Positions 40,751 to 53,326 of a stretch of 64,000 bases of DNA are shown here, piece by piece. A model generated the notes under the pieces. That model saw only the letters and a program-made list of their open reading frames with translations, did not search any database and was not told the DNA's origin. Numbering within the stretch: position 1 is the first letter of the stretch; each line of letters starts with the position of its first letter. A program made the position numbers and the translations under genes. The DNA lies in contig NC_043003.1 of NCBI RefSeq assembly GCF_006345805.1, forward strand, positions 36,456,001 through 36,520,000, in the 5' to 3' direction. Source of the DNA: Octopus sinensis (lineage: Eukaryota).

Positions 40751-41180
40751 TCTCTATATATATAAAACTGAGAATGTGTGTCTGTCTGTGTGTTTCCCTA
40801 AAACTTGAGAACTACACAACCAATTTCATTCAAATTTTACACATGCCTTACTTAAGGTCGGAGGAGTGTCATAGGCAAAAAAAAATAACTTTTTCCCTAG
40901 GGCGAGCCCAAAGCAATATCATAACTTCCCCACTATTTCAGTATTACGTGTTAAAAGTGAAACAAAAACATCTCTCTATTGTAATGCAGACATTCACTTT
41001 AATACTGAAACTATTAAAGTGAAAGTATTATATAACAGGGATGAACCATTAACAGTGGTCATCCATTTTGCTAGAAGAAAATCCGCTATGGTCTTATATG
41101 CTACACCACTGGTTTTCAATTCATATTAATCTAATTAATATTCAATTTTCACCCTTATTATGAGTGTGTGAGTATTAGCA
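40751..41180 (+). mobile_element. Helitron-like 5' end (non-autonomous)
   Basis: A|TCTCTATATATATAAAACTGAGAATGTGTGTCTGTCTGTGTG resembles the TC-start 5' termini of animal non-autonomous Helitrons. Confidence 0.5.
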
Positions 41181-41198
41181 ATTCGTATACGTATAGAT

Positions 41199-41337
41199 GA
41201 CGTAGAGGCGACTGTACACAGCCACCAACCCACAGTCGACACTACGGCGACGAGAGCTCGCTCTGGACGACGTAGAGGTGACTGTACACAGCCACCGACC
41301 CACAGTCGACGCTACGGTTGGGTTGGGTTGGGTTGGG
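41199..41337 (+). repeat. Two 49-bp repeats (period 70) followed by a (GGGTT)3GGG G-quadruplex motif
   Basis: gacgtagagg(c/t)gactgtacacagccacc(a/g)acccacagtcgac(a/g)ctacgg at 41199 and 41269; GGG runs at 41320, 41325, 41330 and 41335. Confidence 0.9.
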
Positions 41338-42215
41338 AGAATTTCCATTATATATTGAGAACTATAGCGCGACAGCAGCATAAAAAAACAACCCCTCCTC
41401 AATTGTTGGCAGATTTACCTACTCCTTATTGCGAGCAGTGCAACAAGATGTGTCTTCGTCAAAGCAATTGCTCCCCCAAAGCAAATTAAATAAAATTTGT
41501 GATACGTGGAACGTCAAAACTGCTAACAAAAACAGGACAGTCAAAACCTTCGGAAACGGCTGTTTAACCCTAACAAGGTGAACTGGTGAACGCTGGAGAA
41601 AAAAGCTTTGTCAAGGGACATTCAAGAATGCGTGTTATAGTTATAAACTGAACGAGATGAAAAAAAATTACATTTAGAAATAGAGATCTATAATTATTGA
41701 GGACAGAATTTGAGTTAGAAATAGAGAACTATAAATATTGTATTATGCATAAAGTGGTGGCTTACATTCGGGGCTTCCAATTTCTCTGTAAAATATAAGA
41801 TAGTCGCAAATCATCGCACATGTCACCATCGATTACAAACACCGGTGGAAGATAAAAGTTCCAGAGGACATTCTTGTTCTTTCGTTTGTACAAGGATCGT
41901 ATTATGTTTCGGCTTAAAATAAATTATAGATACAAATATAATGTATAGAAATATATAAAAACCAGAATAGAAAATAAACGTCTAAGGCTTATAAAATGAG
42001 ATAACATGAGATATCAAGGTGTTATAAACTTGAAGTCAACTAGAATATCATAGATTATATATATTAAGGCATCCAATCAGTTCTGTTTAATTTTACCTTT
42101 TTTTTTAGATTTGAATAAAATTTAATAGTATTTTCAAATGTCTAATTCAATTAAAAATTATTTTTATGCATTTGTGTGCGTTTAAACTAATTCAATATTG
42201 TTTTACAAAATAATA

Positions 42216-43539
42216 GAGGGTGTCCACAAAGTCTGCGTACATGGGGATTAACACATACGTTTAAAACAAACCTATTTTATTTAATTATAATGTTAATAAA
42301 TAATATTTTCAAAGTGATTTCCATCATTTTTCAATGCATAACTTGATGCACCTTGCAACATTCAGGTGAACTTGATTAAATAAGTCTACATTGCCATCAA
42401 TTTCAGCACACTGACTGGTAATGCGTTCTCTCATGTGTTTTAAATCTGTAATCTGTATTGTAATCTTTCTCTTTCAACATACCCCAGAAAAAGAAATCAA
42501 GGGGAGAAAGGTCTGGTGAACGAGGGGATCTTTCCATACGAGCCCTTCTTCCAATCCAGTGAGGAAAAGTTTCATTAATCCAATCTCTAACAGTTGTGGC
42601 AAAATGGGTAGGAGCCTCATCCTGCTGAAACCAATTCGGAAGGCCCTCGGCTAGGCGCTCAAATTGAGATATTAATTTGTCTCACAATATGTTTACATAA
42701 GTCTCATCCGTTACATGTTCAATGAAGAAGAGTCCTAGAACATGGGCTTTCCAAAAACCACACCATCACCTTTTTGCTGCCTTGCTGTTTGGATGGATGC
42801 ATCCAATGTGGATTACCTCGAGACCAGTATAGAAGATTCTGTTTGTTCACCTCACCATTTACATAAAACGTAGCTTTGTCACTGAACAACAAAGTTTTTC
42901 GTAAAATTGATATTTTCATCCAATTTATCTGAAAAACATTCGCACGTCTACATTCGTCTATCAGGGTCGTCTTCATTTAAGTCATGCAATATCTGTCGGT
43001 TGTATCGATGAAACTTTTCCTCAACCAGCATTTTGTGGATGGTTGGTTTTGGAACACCTAACACCGTGGATGTATGACGAAGTGATTTCTTTGGGCTAGC
43101 AGAAACTTTAGCCATGACAGCCTCTTTCGTTTCATCTGCAGTCTTTAATCGCCCGGAACGGGGTTTATCCAAAATACTGTCTGTTTCTTTAAATTTCTTG
43201 ATCAATTTCCCGACGGCAGTAAAAAAAATAGGCTACCTATAAGGGTGTTGAAGATTAAATTCTTCCGCAATTTTGCAATAAGACCATCCCGCTCGTCCAC
43301 TTAATAATACTAATTCGATTCTTTCTTCTTTAGACAGATCCATCATTCGATCTAGGATTCTTTCTTCTTTAGACAGAGCCATCATTCGATCATCTGTAGA
43401 AAAAATCACAAATAAATTTAGAAAAGTAAAGTATTTTTTTAATTTAATTTAAACAAAAGTAAAAAAGGAAAATTATTATTTCTTATATTTGTTTATGTTA
43501 TGATTTTATTCCATGTACCCAGACATCGTGGACACCCTA
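42216..43539 (-). mobile_element. Tc1/mariner element, DD37D (maT)-like, degraded
   Basis: ~30-bp TIRs agggtgtccacaaagtctgcgtacatgg / ccatgtacccagacatcgtggacaccct; MDLSKEERIELVLLSG, DKPRSGR, FSDKATFYVNGEVNKQN, FQQDEAP, RSPDLSPLDFFFWG. Confidence 0.9.
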
Positions 43540-43569
43540 AAATTGCTTTGATTAAAACCCTTTCAACAT

Positions 43570-44630
43570 GGAAGTATCCAAGGAGTATTTAAAGCACATA
43601 TAATTCTTTATGAGTACAATAAAGGTAACTCTGAAGCCGAAGTGACTCGAAACATACACTCAGTTTATGGGAAAGTGCTTGAATGAAAGACCTTGCAGGA
43701 GATCGTTTGCAAAACTGAAGATGAAGATGGAATAGGATGTCCAGTTGAGTTTGAAGATAAGTTCCTTGAGGCATTACTTGAAGAAATTCCGTCACTATCA
43801 GTTGAAGAATTGGCAATAAAGCTTACTTCAAACCATACAACAGTTCAACGTCATCTTCAACAACGTGGAAAGATTCCAAAACTTTGAAAATAGGTGCCTC
43901 ATGTATTGTCCGAAAGCAACCGCAAATCCCGAGTTGACATCTGCTCTTCTCTCCATTCTCGCAAACTCATTTCACCCTTTTTTGATAGACTTGTGACGAA
44001 AAATGGATTTTCTATCGAAATGTTAAACGTCGTAAACAGTGGCTTGGTAAAAGGGAAAATGCTCAACCACAACCGTGAAGTGAACTTCATGGGAAAAAAG
44101 TTCTACTCTATCTGGTGCGATTACAAAGGCGTAACTCACTTTATATTGTTACCACCTAATGCAGCAATCAATGCTCAAGTCTACTGTCAGCAATTAGAGC
44201 GTTTGAACCAAGCTTTGAAGGAAAAAAGAGCCGCTTTAGTGAGTCGAAAACGAGTGATATTTCATCAGGACAATGCGCAAACCCACACTGCAAAGACCAC
44301 ATCACAGAAGACCGAAGGTTTGGAAAAATTTCTTCATCCAACTTATTCTCCCGACCTTACTCCTTCAGGATACCATTTATTTCATAGGTTACAGAATTAT
44401 TGGGGGGGGGGGGCACAACTTTCGCAAGCCAGGAGGAGGTTGAACCTGACATTTCATTTTGAAACCAAAAGAGTTTTACATTGATGGGATTAAAAAACTT
44501 GTAAATAGATAGAAGTAAGTCATAGATAATCAGAGAAAGAACATTGATGTTTAACTTTCAATTAAATATAACATTTGATCACTTGGATTCTTTATCCAAA
44601 ATTCGGACAGAACTTATGGGATGACCTGAG
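43570..44630 (+). mobile_element. Mariner (DD34D) transposon, degraded, 5'-truncated
   Basis: VPHVLSE (WVPHEL), IWCDYKGV, IFHQDNAQTH, HPTYSPDLTPSGYHLF; right TIR tcggacagaacttatgggatgacct. Confidence 0.9.
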
Positions 44631-45348
44631 ATATATACACCGGCGAAAATATATTTAAGACAGACCATAAAAGTTCTATTTCTTACAAAATATTTTGTTA
44701 CTAACACCATACAAATTATTTATATCTTTTACACCTTATGCAAAATGTATTTCTCTTTCGAATGATGCAAACATTTTTTATACAACTTGAAGAATTCTAA
44801 TGCTAAATTAATATATATTTCTTTACTGCCCACAAGGGGCTAAACATAGAGTCTTTTTATTATTACTCGGTCACACATAGTCCCCAGATGGTAACATTGA
44901 TTACAAGGCCTTCCCAGATGAGTGACTGGTTATTCAAAGACATTTATAGATTTTAAATTCATTCTGTCCAGTTACGTATCAGTATAGTGGTCATTTGCAA
45001 ATTCCAGAGGTGACACTTTAAATTCTCCTAAGCCCTCACGTTACACAGTTGTTAATGTTGATTTCAGTTGGGTCACGCCCTTCCAATTGCTATAGATTCG
45101 TAATGCATCTTACGGCTGTGCCTGTCACCTGGATGGTGAGGAATACTACATTGAGAGTGGTAACGGCTAGTGTAGTGTAACTGACTGCTTATTGTGTCTT
45201 TTGATTTCCATGTGGCACGATTACAATTTTTTTAGGGTGTGTAAAGAGAGAAATAACCCTCATCTGCAATTTTGATGAAATTCGAAACATAGATATTCCA
45301 GTTCATTCAGAAAATATAACAGAAAAGTCTAATTCTTCAATTGAATGT

Positions 45349-45376
45349 AACCGGGCAACGCCGGGTATCTCTGCTA

Positions 45377-45377
<1 letters not shown>
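45349..45377 (+). mobile_element. Helitron 3' terminus
   Basis: GC hairpin ccgggcaacgccggg followed by tatctctg and CTAG|T (CTAG at 45374-45377). Confidence 0.75.
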
Positions 45378-45452
<75 letters not shown>

Positions 45453-45460
45453 AATAATAT

Positions 45461-46147
45461 AATAGTATTAAGGAATGACCCTGACAGGCCGTTCAACTCA
45501 CTTGAAAAGAGCAGCTAAACTCAAACCGCAAAATAGTAGTAATTCTGAAACTAAAGGAGAAATAAAAACATTTATCCCCTTCAACTTTGTACCATGCATA
45601 GTTTCAACATTTTTACGTAATCGAATTTAATTAAATTAAATTAAATCCGTTTACGATTGGCTTGTCTCATCAGCAAAATAGCCAAAGAAAGGAAAATATA
45701 TACACACGAGGCAGCACCATCGAAGCCTCGAGTTTATATATCCTAAATTTTCGAAATCCACCGTAACCGCGCCATCTACTCAGCAGCAAATATAAACTGC
45801 TGATACAATTTCAGAATTAGTCAAAAAATCATTAATTAATCAATATAAGGGTAGCAAAAAATTCAAGAAAAATTCAAGAACAATTTTCTGCAACCAGCGG
45901 TCAAGTGAGAAAGTAGAAATAGTCACAGAGTATATAATATATTCAACAATAGTATTAAGGAATGTTTAGTTTAGTTTGAGTTTAGCTGCTCTTTTCAAGT
46001 GAGTTGAACGGCCTGTCAGGGTCATTCCTTAATACTATTGTTGAATATATTATATAGTCTGTGACTATTTCTACTTTGTCACTTGACCGCTGGTTGCAGA
46101 AAATTTTTCTTGAATTTTTCTTGAATTTTTTGCTACCCTTATATTGA

Positions 46148-46152
<5 letters not shown>
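45461..46152. repeat. Fold-back element: 487-bp unit plus an inverted copy of its own end-to-start junction
   Basis: A 45461-45526 = revcomp of 45974-46039; B 45835-45964 = revcomp of 46023-46152; the start of A recurs at 45948. Confidence 0.9.
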
Positions 46153-46181
<29 letters not shown>

Positions 46182-46319
46182 TCAATAAATGGTGGGGTTG
46201 TGTTGACCGCACGTGGAGAAATGATAAGTAAGGAAAAAATCTTTTTAAAAATGCAGAATGCTCAACTGAAAGAAAATTTTAATAAAATGAGAAATTGATA
46301 AAATATTTAAATATATATT

Positions 46320-46360
46320 TATTCAACCGGTTTTCGTTATTGTATGACTTGTCAAGAATA
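46320..46360 (-). ncRNA. Hammerhead-like motif, U3:A8 variant (inverted pLTR copy)
   Basis: Minus strand: tattc TTGACAA gtca-tacaa-taac GAAAACCGGTT gaata; one stem II mismatch. Confidence 0.5.
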
Positions 46361-46462
46361 TTTATGTTTTAAAAAAGTTTTTTTTTAAATTAGAAAGGGG
46401 AAAAAAAGAAAATTGCATTGTTTTTTGTAAAAGAATAATGATAAAAATGTACACCAATTAAA

Positions 46463-47865
46463 TCCTTTGATGTCATCAACCTCTACACCAACATTCCACA
46501 TGAGTATGGTATAGAGGCAATTGACTTCTGGCTAGAAAAACACCCAGAGACATTCCCTGACCGCATTAACAAGTCTTTCATTACAGAATCTCTCAAGTTC
46601 ATTCTGACAAACAATTTTTTTCTCTTCGACGACACACACTACCGTCAAAAATGTGGCATTGCGATGGGTACCAAGGCTGCACCAGTCCTTGCGAACCTCA
46701 TAATGGGTTACTTCGAACTGTCACTCTATGAAATATCAAGCCAGAAATTTGGACATGTTTTCCACACCTACCTAATGGAAAACTGGAAAAGGTATTTAGA
46801 TGATTGTTTCATCATATGGAAAGAACCTTATGAAAAACTCCTGGAATTCAAAACCATACTAAACAACATACATCCCAACATCCAATTCACTATGGAATTA
46901 AGCAAACATCATCTCCCATTCCTTTATCTCCTAATTATAAAAACACCTAAGAACCAAATCATAACAGACATCTACCACAAACCTACAGACTCACAACAAT
47001 ACCTCCTCTTTAGTTCATGCCACCCAAAACACACCAAGACAAATATCCCTTTCAATTTAGCTAAAAGGGTATGCACCATTGTCTCGGATCCAAAAACACG
47101 AGAAATACGCCTTCAAGACCTCAAAAAAACACTATTACAACGTCAATATCCCTCCACCCTTATAGAGTATGGAATAAAACGCGCCAAAGAACTAGACAAC
47201 ACTACACTGAAAACCACCCAACCTAACACCACACACAACCTCAAAATACTTCCATACATTTCCACCCACAACCCCAAAAATATCGAAGCATACACCACAA
47301 TCATACAAAACCTCAGTCTACTGTCAACAGACCCAAAAATGAAAAACATTATAAATACACACAAAATCCTCAAATGCAAAAGGCAACACAAATCTTTAAA
47401 AAAACTCTTGACAAATGCCAAACTTCACACACACCACATCCCCCCAACAGTAAAAAAAAATGTGCACGCTCAAACTGTGGTACCTGCCCCTTTCTACTTG
47501 AAGGCTCTGAATTTACCTTCAAACAAGGTACGAAGTTTAAAATCAAGACTAACTTCTCCTGTTCCTCCGAGAACCTTATCTACGTTCTCACATGCGCTGG
47601 TTGCCAACATAATTATGTTGGACAAACGAGTCTCCCGTTACGTAAACGAGTAACGGTGCATAAAGAACAAATAAATCTCCCGGAATACAGACAAATTCCA
47701 CTGAGTGACCACTTAGACTCATGTGCTAAAGACTTAAACCCCAAATTCTATATATTCCCCTTCTACCAATGTAAAGACGGGATAACCACACAGGAGAGAA
47801 TTAACAAGGAGAATCTCTTTATTGAAAAATTCCAAACACAACTTAATATGCAAACTCCTCGTTGA
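46463..47865 (+). pseudogene. Penelope RT + GIY-YIG endonuclease (5'-truncated; one frameshift at the A-run ~47452-47460)
   Basis: In frame from 46463: SFDVINLYTNIP, GIAMGTKAAPVLANL, WKRYLDDCF, LPFL, YHKPTD, YLLFSSCHPKH; then C..C..CP, NLIYVLTCAGC..YVGQT...LRKRVTVH (GIY-YIG). Confidence 0.93.
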
Positions 47866-48494
47866 TCATACTTCCTTTCTCTACCTCACTCTTCATGGAT
47901 GGACTAACACAAATATATAAAGATACCATGCATTCATCACTTCAAGCTAAAACTTATATTCTTTAAATATCATTTTTACTATTGTTGTTATTACTATCAT
48001 TTTTATTATAAATGATATGACAATTTGAAATGCAATTGCCTATGCAGATTTATATAATTAGAAAATAATATAAATAAAGTGTTAACATCTGAAAGTTAAG
48101 TTAACAAGCAATTATATAAAAAAGATAACGCAAATGAAGCTAAAATGATAATTTTATAATTTGGGTTTTATTGAAGAACTCAAAAGAGTTGTCTCCCCTT
48201 ACTCACAACACAGGAACTGAAGAACCAGGACCACAATTACTACTACTTCCTGTCCTGCAAACATGCTGAATTTAACAACACAACACATGCTCTTAATCCC
48301 TTTGGATCTTAACACCTCAAGGTAATTTTTTCGTAAACAACCATAAAACTCAAGATACACAACGAACTCACAATGTATCGGAGAACTTATTTTTTAATTG
48401 TTGTACATTTTTATCATTATTCTTTTACAAAAAACAATGCAATTTTCTTTTTTTTCCCCTTTCTAATTTTTAAAAAACTTTTTTAAAACATAAA

Positions 48495-48535
48495 TATTCT
48501 TGACAAGTCATACAATGACGAAAACCGGTTGAATA
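48495..48535 (+). ncRNA. Hammerhead-like motif, U3:A8 variant (3' pLTR)
   Basis: tattc TTGACAA gtca-tacaa-tgac GAAA ACCGGT T gaata; stems I and II perfect, palindromic stem III, one extra A. Confidence 0.62.
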
Positions 48536-48627
48536 AATATATATTTATATATTTTATCAATTTCTCATTTTATTAAAATTTTCTTTCATTTGAGCATTCT
48601 GCATTTTTAAAAAATTGTTTTCCTTAT

Positions 48628-49525
48628 ATCAGTGCAAAGAAAACCGAAGTGATGTTTCAGCCAGCCCCCGGCAAACAATACCATGAGCCTCAGATAAGGG
48701 TGAACGGACGGATCTTACGAGTGGTGGAAAACTTCACCTACCTGGGCAGCACTCTCTCCTGCAATGCCAACATAGATGCTGAAACCATCAACAGAATCTC
48801 CAAGGCAAGCAGCGCGTTTGGGAGACTGCGAAAGAAAGTCTGGGAGCGGAGAGGAATCAGCCTCAACACCAAGCTGAAAGTCTACCGGGCAATCGTGCTT
48901 ACCACTCTACTATACGGCTGCGAGACGTGGACTGCTTACCGAAGGCACGAGCGCCAGATAAACCACTTCCATCTCAGGTGTCTTCGGAATCTCCTTCACA
49001 TCCGCTGGCAGGACAAAGTCCCAGACACGGAAGTTCTGAAGCAGGCAGATCTCCCTAGCACCATCACAATCATGCGCAAGGCCCAGCTGAGATGGGCGGG
49101 CCACGTCTCCCGCATGTCCGACACTCGCATCCCAAAACAGCTCTTCTACGGTGAACTCGGCCAGGGCAGGCGCAAAGTCGGAGGGCAGAAAAAGCGCTAC
49201 AAGGATAGTCTCAAGGTCTCTCTCAAAGACTTCTCCATCGGAACAGAGACCTGGAGACACTTGCTGCCAACCGCTCATCCTGGCGCAGCGCAATCACCGT
49301 GGGAGCAGGGACAGCCGAGGAGGGACGGATTCGGTCAGCGGAGCAGAAACGTCAGATGCGTAAAGTCAGAGCCGCCTGCACCAGTAGCACTGCCCCTACC
49401 CACTTCTGCCCCACCTGTGGGAGGGGCTTCCTTGCCCGGATTGGCCTCACCAGCCACCTCCGGTCTCATAACGGCAGTTCCATCAGATGATGTCAGTTGG
49501 TCATCTTCGAACCGAAGGACGAACA
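48628..49525 (+). mobile_element. RTE-clade (BovB/RTE-X-like) LINE 3' fragment, young and GC-rich
   Basis: ISAKKTEVMFQPAPG...FTYLGSTLS...RISKASSAFGRL...LLYGCETW...QLRWAGHVSRM...PKQLFYGEL...GGQKKRYKD; one frameshift near 49256; C-terminal C2H2 finger CPTCGRGFLARIGLTSHLRSH; tail tggtcatcttcgaaccgaaggacgaaca. Confidence 0.95.
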
Positions 49526-51000
49526 TTATATATATATATATATATATAATCTTTTCTCTGCAATTTTATTTGGTTTCTTCCTTGCTGTTAGTTCTAGCTA
49601 CTATTCTTTAGATACTTTAATTTATATTTGAATAAGAATCTCAAATAATTCTGGTACTCTACTTTTTATGAACATTATCTTTTTTTGCTCAGCTTTCACT
49701 CAAAATGCTTAGAATAAACCATAAACTGTATCCGTGTGAAATCTCACCACTTAGCATTAAGGAACAAAGGACTTTACATATATCTATAAATATATATACA
49801 CAGTTAGATAGATGTGTGTGTATGTGTGACTGAGAAGGTGTGTGTGCGTGTGTACGGGTGTGTATGGATGTACGCGTGCACGTGTGTATTCTCTTGTGGT
49901 TGAACAGCTCAGGCCATGTATATGGCGGTTTCGCCTCACACCTTCTCCTCGGTAACAACAACTTGTCACTAAAAAAGGAGTAATTATTTTTGGACGACAG
50001 ACCCTTCAATTCTTCGCCTCGTTCTGCTGTCGAACAATGTGCTTCGTAATATTTGTGTGGCACTTACTCATTCCTCATTTCGTTAAAAGTGATGTCAAAT
50101 ACTTTGGTCGATATCAGCGACTAACTACTACCCATTAGTTTCTGACTTTTTCTCCCTGCTAGTTATTGCTGGATGTTCTTTCTCCTAGATATTGCAGTAA
50201 ATTATTTTTACTATTAAATTATTGCGGCCCGTGATGTTTTGTTTTCAAATTCAGACGAGATAATATTTAAAATCTATCCCCTGTAATATTATTGTTTACT
50301 TATTTGAATGTTCGTTTCTCTAGAGTTCCTGGCCTTGCGTTGTCCAGGCTTTGCTGGTATCTGAGGTGAATGTAAGATAAATCCTACATGAAGGGCGATG
50401 TTGTCAGCTGGACCTGATAGAGCTACGTGTAGGGCTATTCTTTGCACACTCACACGTTTCAGGCAGGACTTAGTTGTCGAGGTACTCTAGAATTGATGTT
50501 GCTGTATACGTATCGGATTCAAGTATCAGCCGAGCCTGTCGTGACGAACAGCCGGATTTCTTTGTTTCTGTTAGGCATTGTTCCTTTGTATGTTAAACAT
50601 AGCGTATAACGCTGTACATTGAACTTAATTGAAATTAAACTAGTGTCAAATCATTATCTGCTCGATCAAGCCCTGTGCAATGTCTTCAAGTTACTTTTTA
50701 CGAAGAAGATATCAATGTCTTGAGATGGCAGATTTGTCTCAATCTAGTTTGGCATATAAAAAATTAAAATATTACAATATTTAATTCAGATGTCTATGTA
50801 TCTTTCTAAATCTCTGCTTGACTAAAAGAAAGCAATTCCATTGAAACTTGCTGAAACAATATTCCTTCAGATTTCTTGCAAGGCTCGAAAGTAAAATGAA
50901 ATGTGTAGAAGTAGCGGAATGTGAAACTGCATCACAATCGACATGAATGAAACTTAACACTTCATCACCGAAACAAATTGAGAATATTCGCTTAGTGTTT

Positions 51001-51353
51001 AAGGCGGTGAGCTGGCAGAAATGTTAGCACGCCAGGCGAAATGCGTAGCCGTATTTCGTCTGCCGTTACGTTGTGAGTTCAAATTGCGTCAAGGTCGACA
51101 TTGTCTTTCATCCCTTCGGGGTCGATAAATTAAGTACCAGTTACGCACTTGTGTCGATATAATCGACTTAATCCGTTTGTCTGTACTTGTTCGTCCTCTT
51201 TGTGTTTAGCCCCTTGTGGGTAGTAAAGAAATAGGTATTTCGTCTGTCTTCACGTTCTAAGTACAAATTCCGCCATGGTCGACTTTGCATTTCATCCTTT
51301 CAGTGTTGATAAATTAAGTACCATTGCGTACTGAGGTCGATCTAATCGACTGC
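51001..51353 (+). mobile_element. SINE family B with partial internal tandem duplication
   Basis: aaggcggtgagctggcagaaatgttagcacgcc head, gagttcaaatt B box; the gtatttcgtctg...aattaagtacca block occurs twice. Confidence 0.8.
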
Positions 51354-52289
51354 CCTCCACTGCCTTTATATCAATAATCATGCATTGTTGTTGATGCTAC
51401 CGGTATTGTTTTCAGCGTTGTTTTTATTGTTTAGTCTGCAATTATCAATGATTGATGAGATCTATGATCAAAACATTCCAACCATAACCACCACTTCTCC
51501 AGAGGTGTAAGGCAGGAACTATATGTAATTAATTCTTCTTTGCTCAAAAAAGCGAGGATTCATGGGGATATTTTGTTGCTATTTATTGTGTTGTATGACC
51601 ACGAGACTTTAATCTAGGTATTTATTATTGTGTTTAAGTCTAATAGGTAGGGTCTAGGACTCATAATCATAAGGTCTTTGGTTCGTTTCCAATACGTTCT
51701 TAAGTAAGTTACTTTATTTCACTTCGACTGAGTGTTTGTAGTTAAAATATGGTACATGTTCGCGAAAGACGGATGGTTACACTTTACTGCACATAGAAGT
51801 GTTCAGTAAAAGATAAATTACTTAAATAGTCTAAATTTTCAGCCAACCCGGAAAAGTTTATGATGTTAGCGATTTACTAGAAATAGTAGCTAAATACTCT
51901 GCAAATCACACAGTAACTTCTTTGAAACCAAGGAAATACCAAATCAGGTAATGAAGTTTTAATTACCACATATCAAGTCTTCATTGGAAAAAACACTTCG
52001 TCGTGTCTGCTTTTTCATGGATTCACTTCAGATTAAGCAAATATTATCAGCCATGAAATCTCAAAGCGCAGCATGTTAATGGCGAAGCTCAGTACGTTAT
52101 CCAATATGGACATATTATAAAGCGGGAAGATCATAATCAGAAAAAAAAACTAGTGCATTGGCCAAGAGAGACAAGGTGAATGACCACCGGTACAATGTAA
52201 TGTAATTAGTAGTCTCAACGGTTCAAATGATTATTGTGTCAAGTTCTCTGATCTTTTATAGACCATCATGGATGATGATGATGATGTTG

Positions 52290-52325
<36 letters not shown>

Positions 52326-52584
52326 CTGATGATGATCATGATGATGATTTATTCAAAGAAGGGCAACTGTATTTGAAATATCAGCAAATCAAATATCCGA
52401 AAAAGAAAACCGTCCTTATAGAAAAAAAATATTAAAATATGTCAAGACGCACACGGAGTAGAAATTAAAATTATGGAAATAATCTATAATAAAAGAGATA
52501 GCAAAGAGGGGTAAAAAAATATTCAAAACTGCAACGTAAGGAAAAAGACGAGAAAGAAGTGAAAGCGGTGGTTAATGATTAAAT

Positions 52585-52690
52585 GGTAGTAGTAGTAGTA
52601 GTGGTAGTAGTGGTAGTGGTAGTGGTGGTGGTGGTGGTGGTGGTGGTGGTGGTAGTAGTAGTGGTAGTAGTAGTAGTAGTGGTAACAGTA

Positions 52691-52718
<28 letters not shown>
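52585..52718. repeat. (TAG)n/(TGG)n trinucleotide repeat
   Basis: Directly visible. Confidence 0.95.
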
Positions 52719-52721
<3 letters not shown>

Positions 52722-53178
52722 ATATTCATATAATTAACGGCTTACATTGCCAAAGCAAACGTACGGCTCTGAAATATAAACCCTCATGCATTCGTGTTCG
52801 TATTTACGTCTATGATTGTATGTGTGTGTGTGTGTGTGTGTGTGTACAAATGCCGATGATTCTCATGAAAAAAAACCTAAGTTGTAATTTGTCAATAGTC
52901 TTTTCCAAATTTCAGATGCAACCAGATAAAATTTTACAGAAATCATGAAGTTAAAAAAAAAAAAAAAACGTCATCGAGAAGCTCTTGTAGCAAAGCATGG
53001 ACGAATTAGGGAAATAGGTGTAGGCAGGTGAAAGAGATGAAGGAAGGTTTTTGATTAGGAGTGTTAGTTCGAAGTACACGAGATTTTTCTTTCATTATCA
53101 TTATATTTTCCATCTCTCATGCGCACACTCACACACACACATGCACACATGCACACATATATGTGTATACATGTATGA

Positions 53179-53226
<48 letters not shown>

Positions 53227-53326
53227 CCAGTTTGAGAGTCATCAAAGGCAAGCTTGTATAAATATGAAATAGATTTGCATCTCTTATTTATCCAGCAAAT
53301 TTTAATTCTTTAACGCATGCAATGAG

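Larger units (their letters stand above)
46229..48626 (+). mobile_element. Penelope-like element, 5'-truncated, with 234-bp inverted pseudo-LTR copies
   Basis: RT plus GIY-YIG coding region; 46229-46462 is the reverse complement of 48393-48626 with few mismatches. Confidence 0.92.

Noticed and set aside
45610-45680. Minus-strand CTGATGAgac...cgtaaacg inside the fold-back element
   Set aside because: G12 is missing and stem II is incomplete; not called as a ribozyme, mentioned only as a hint.
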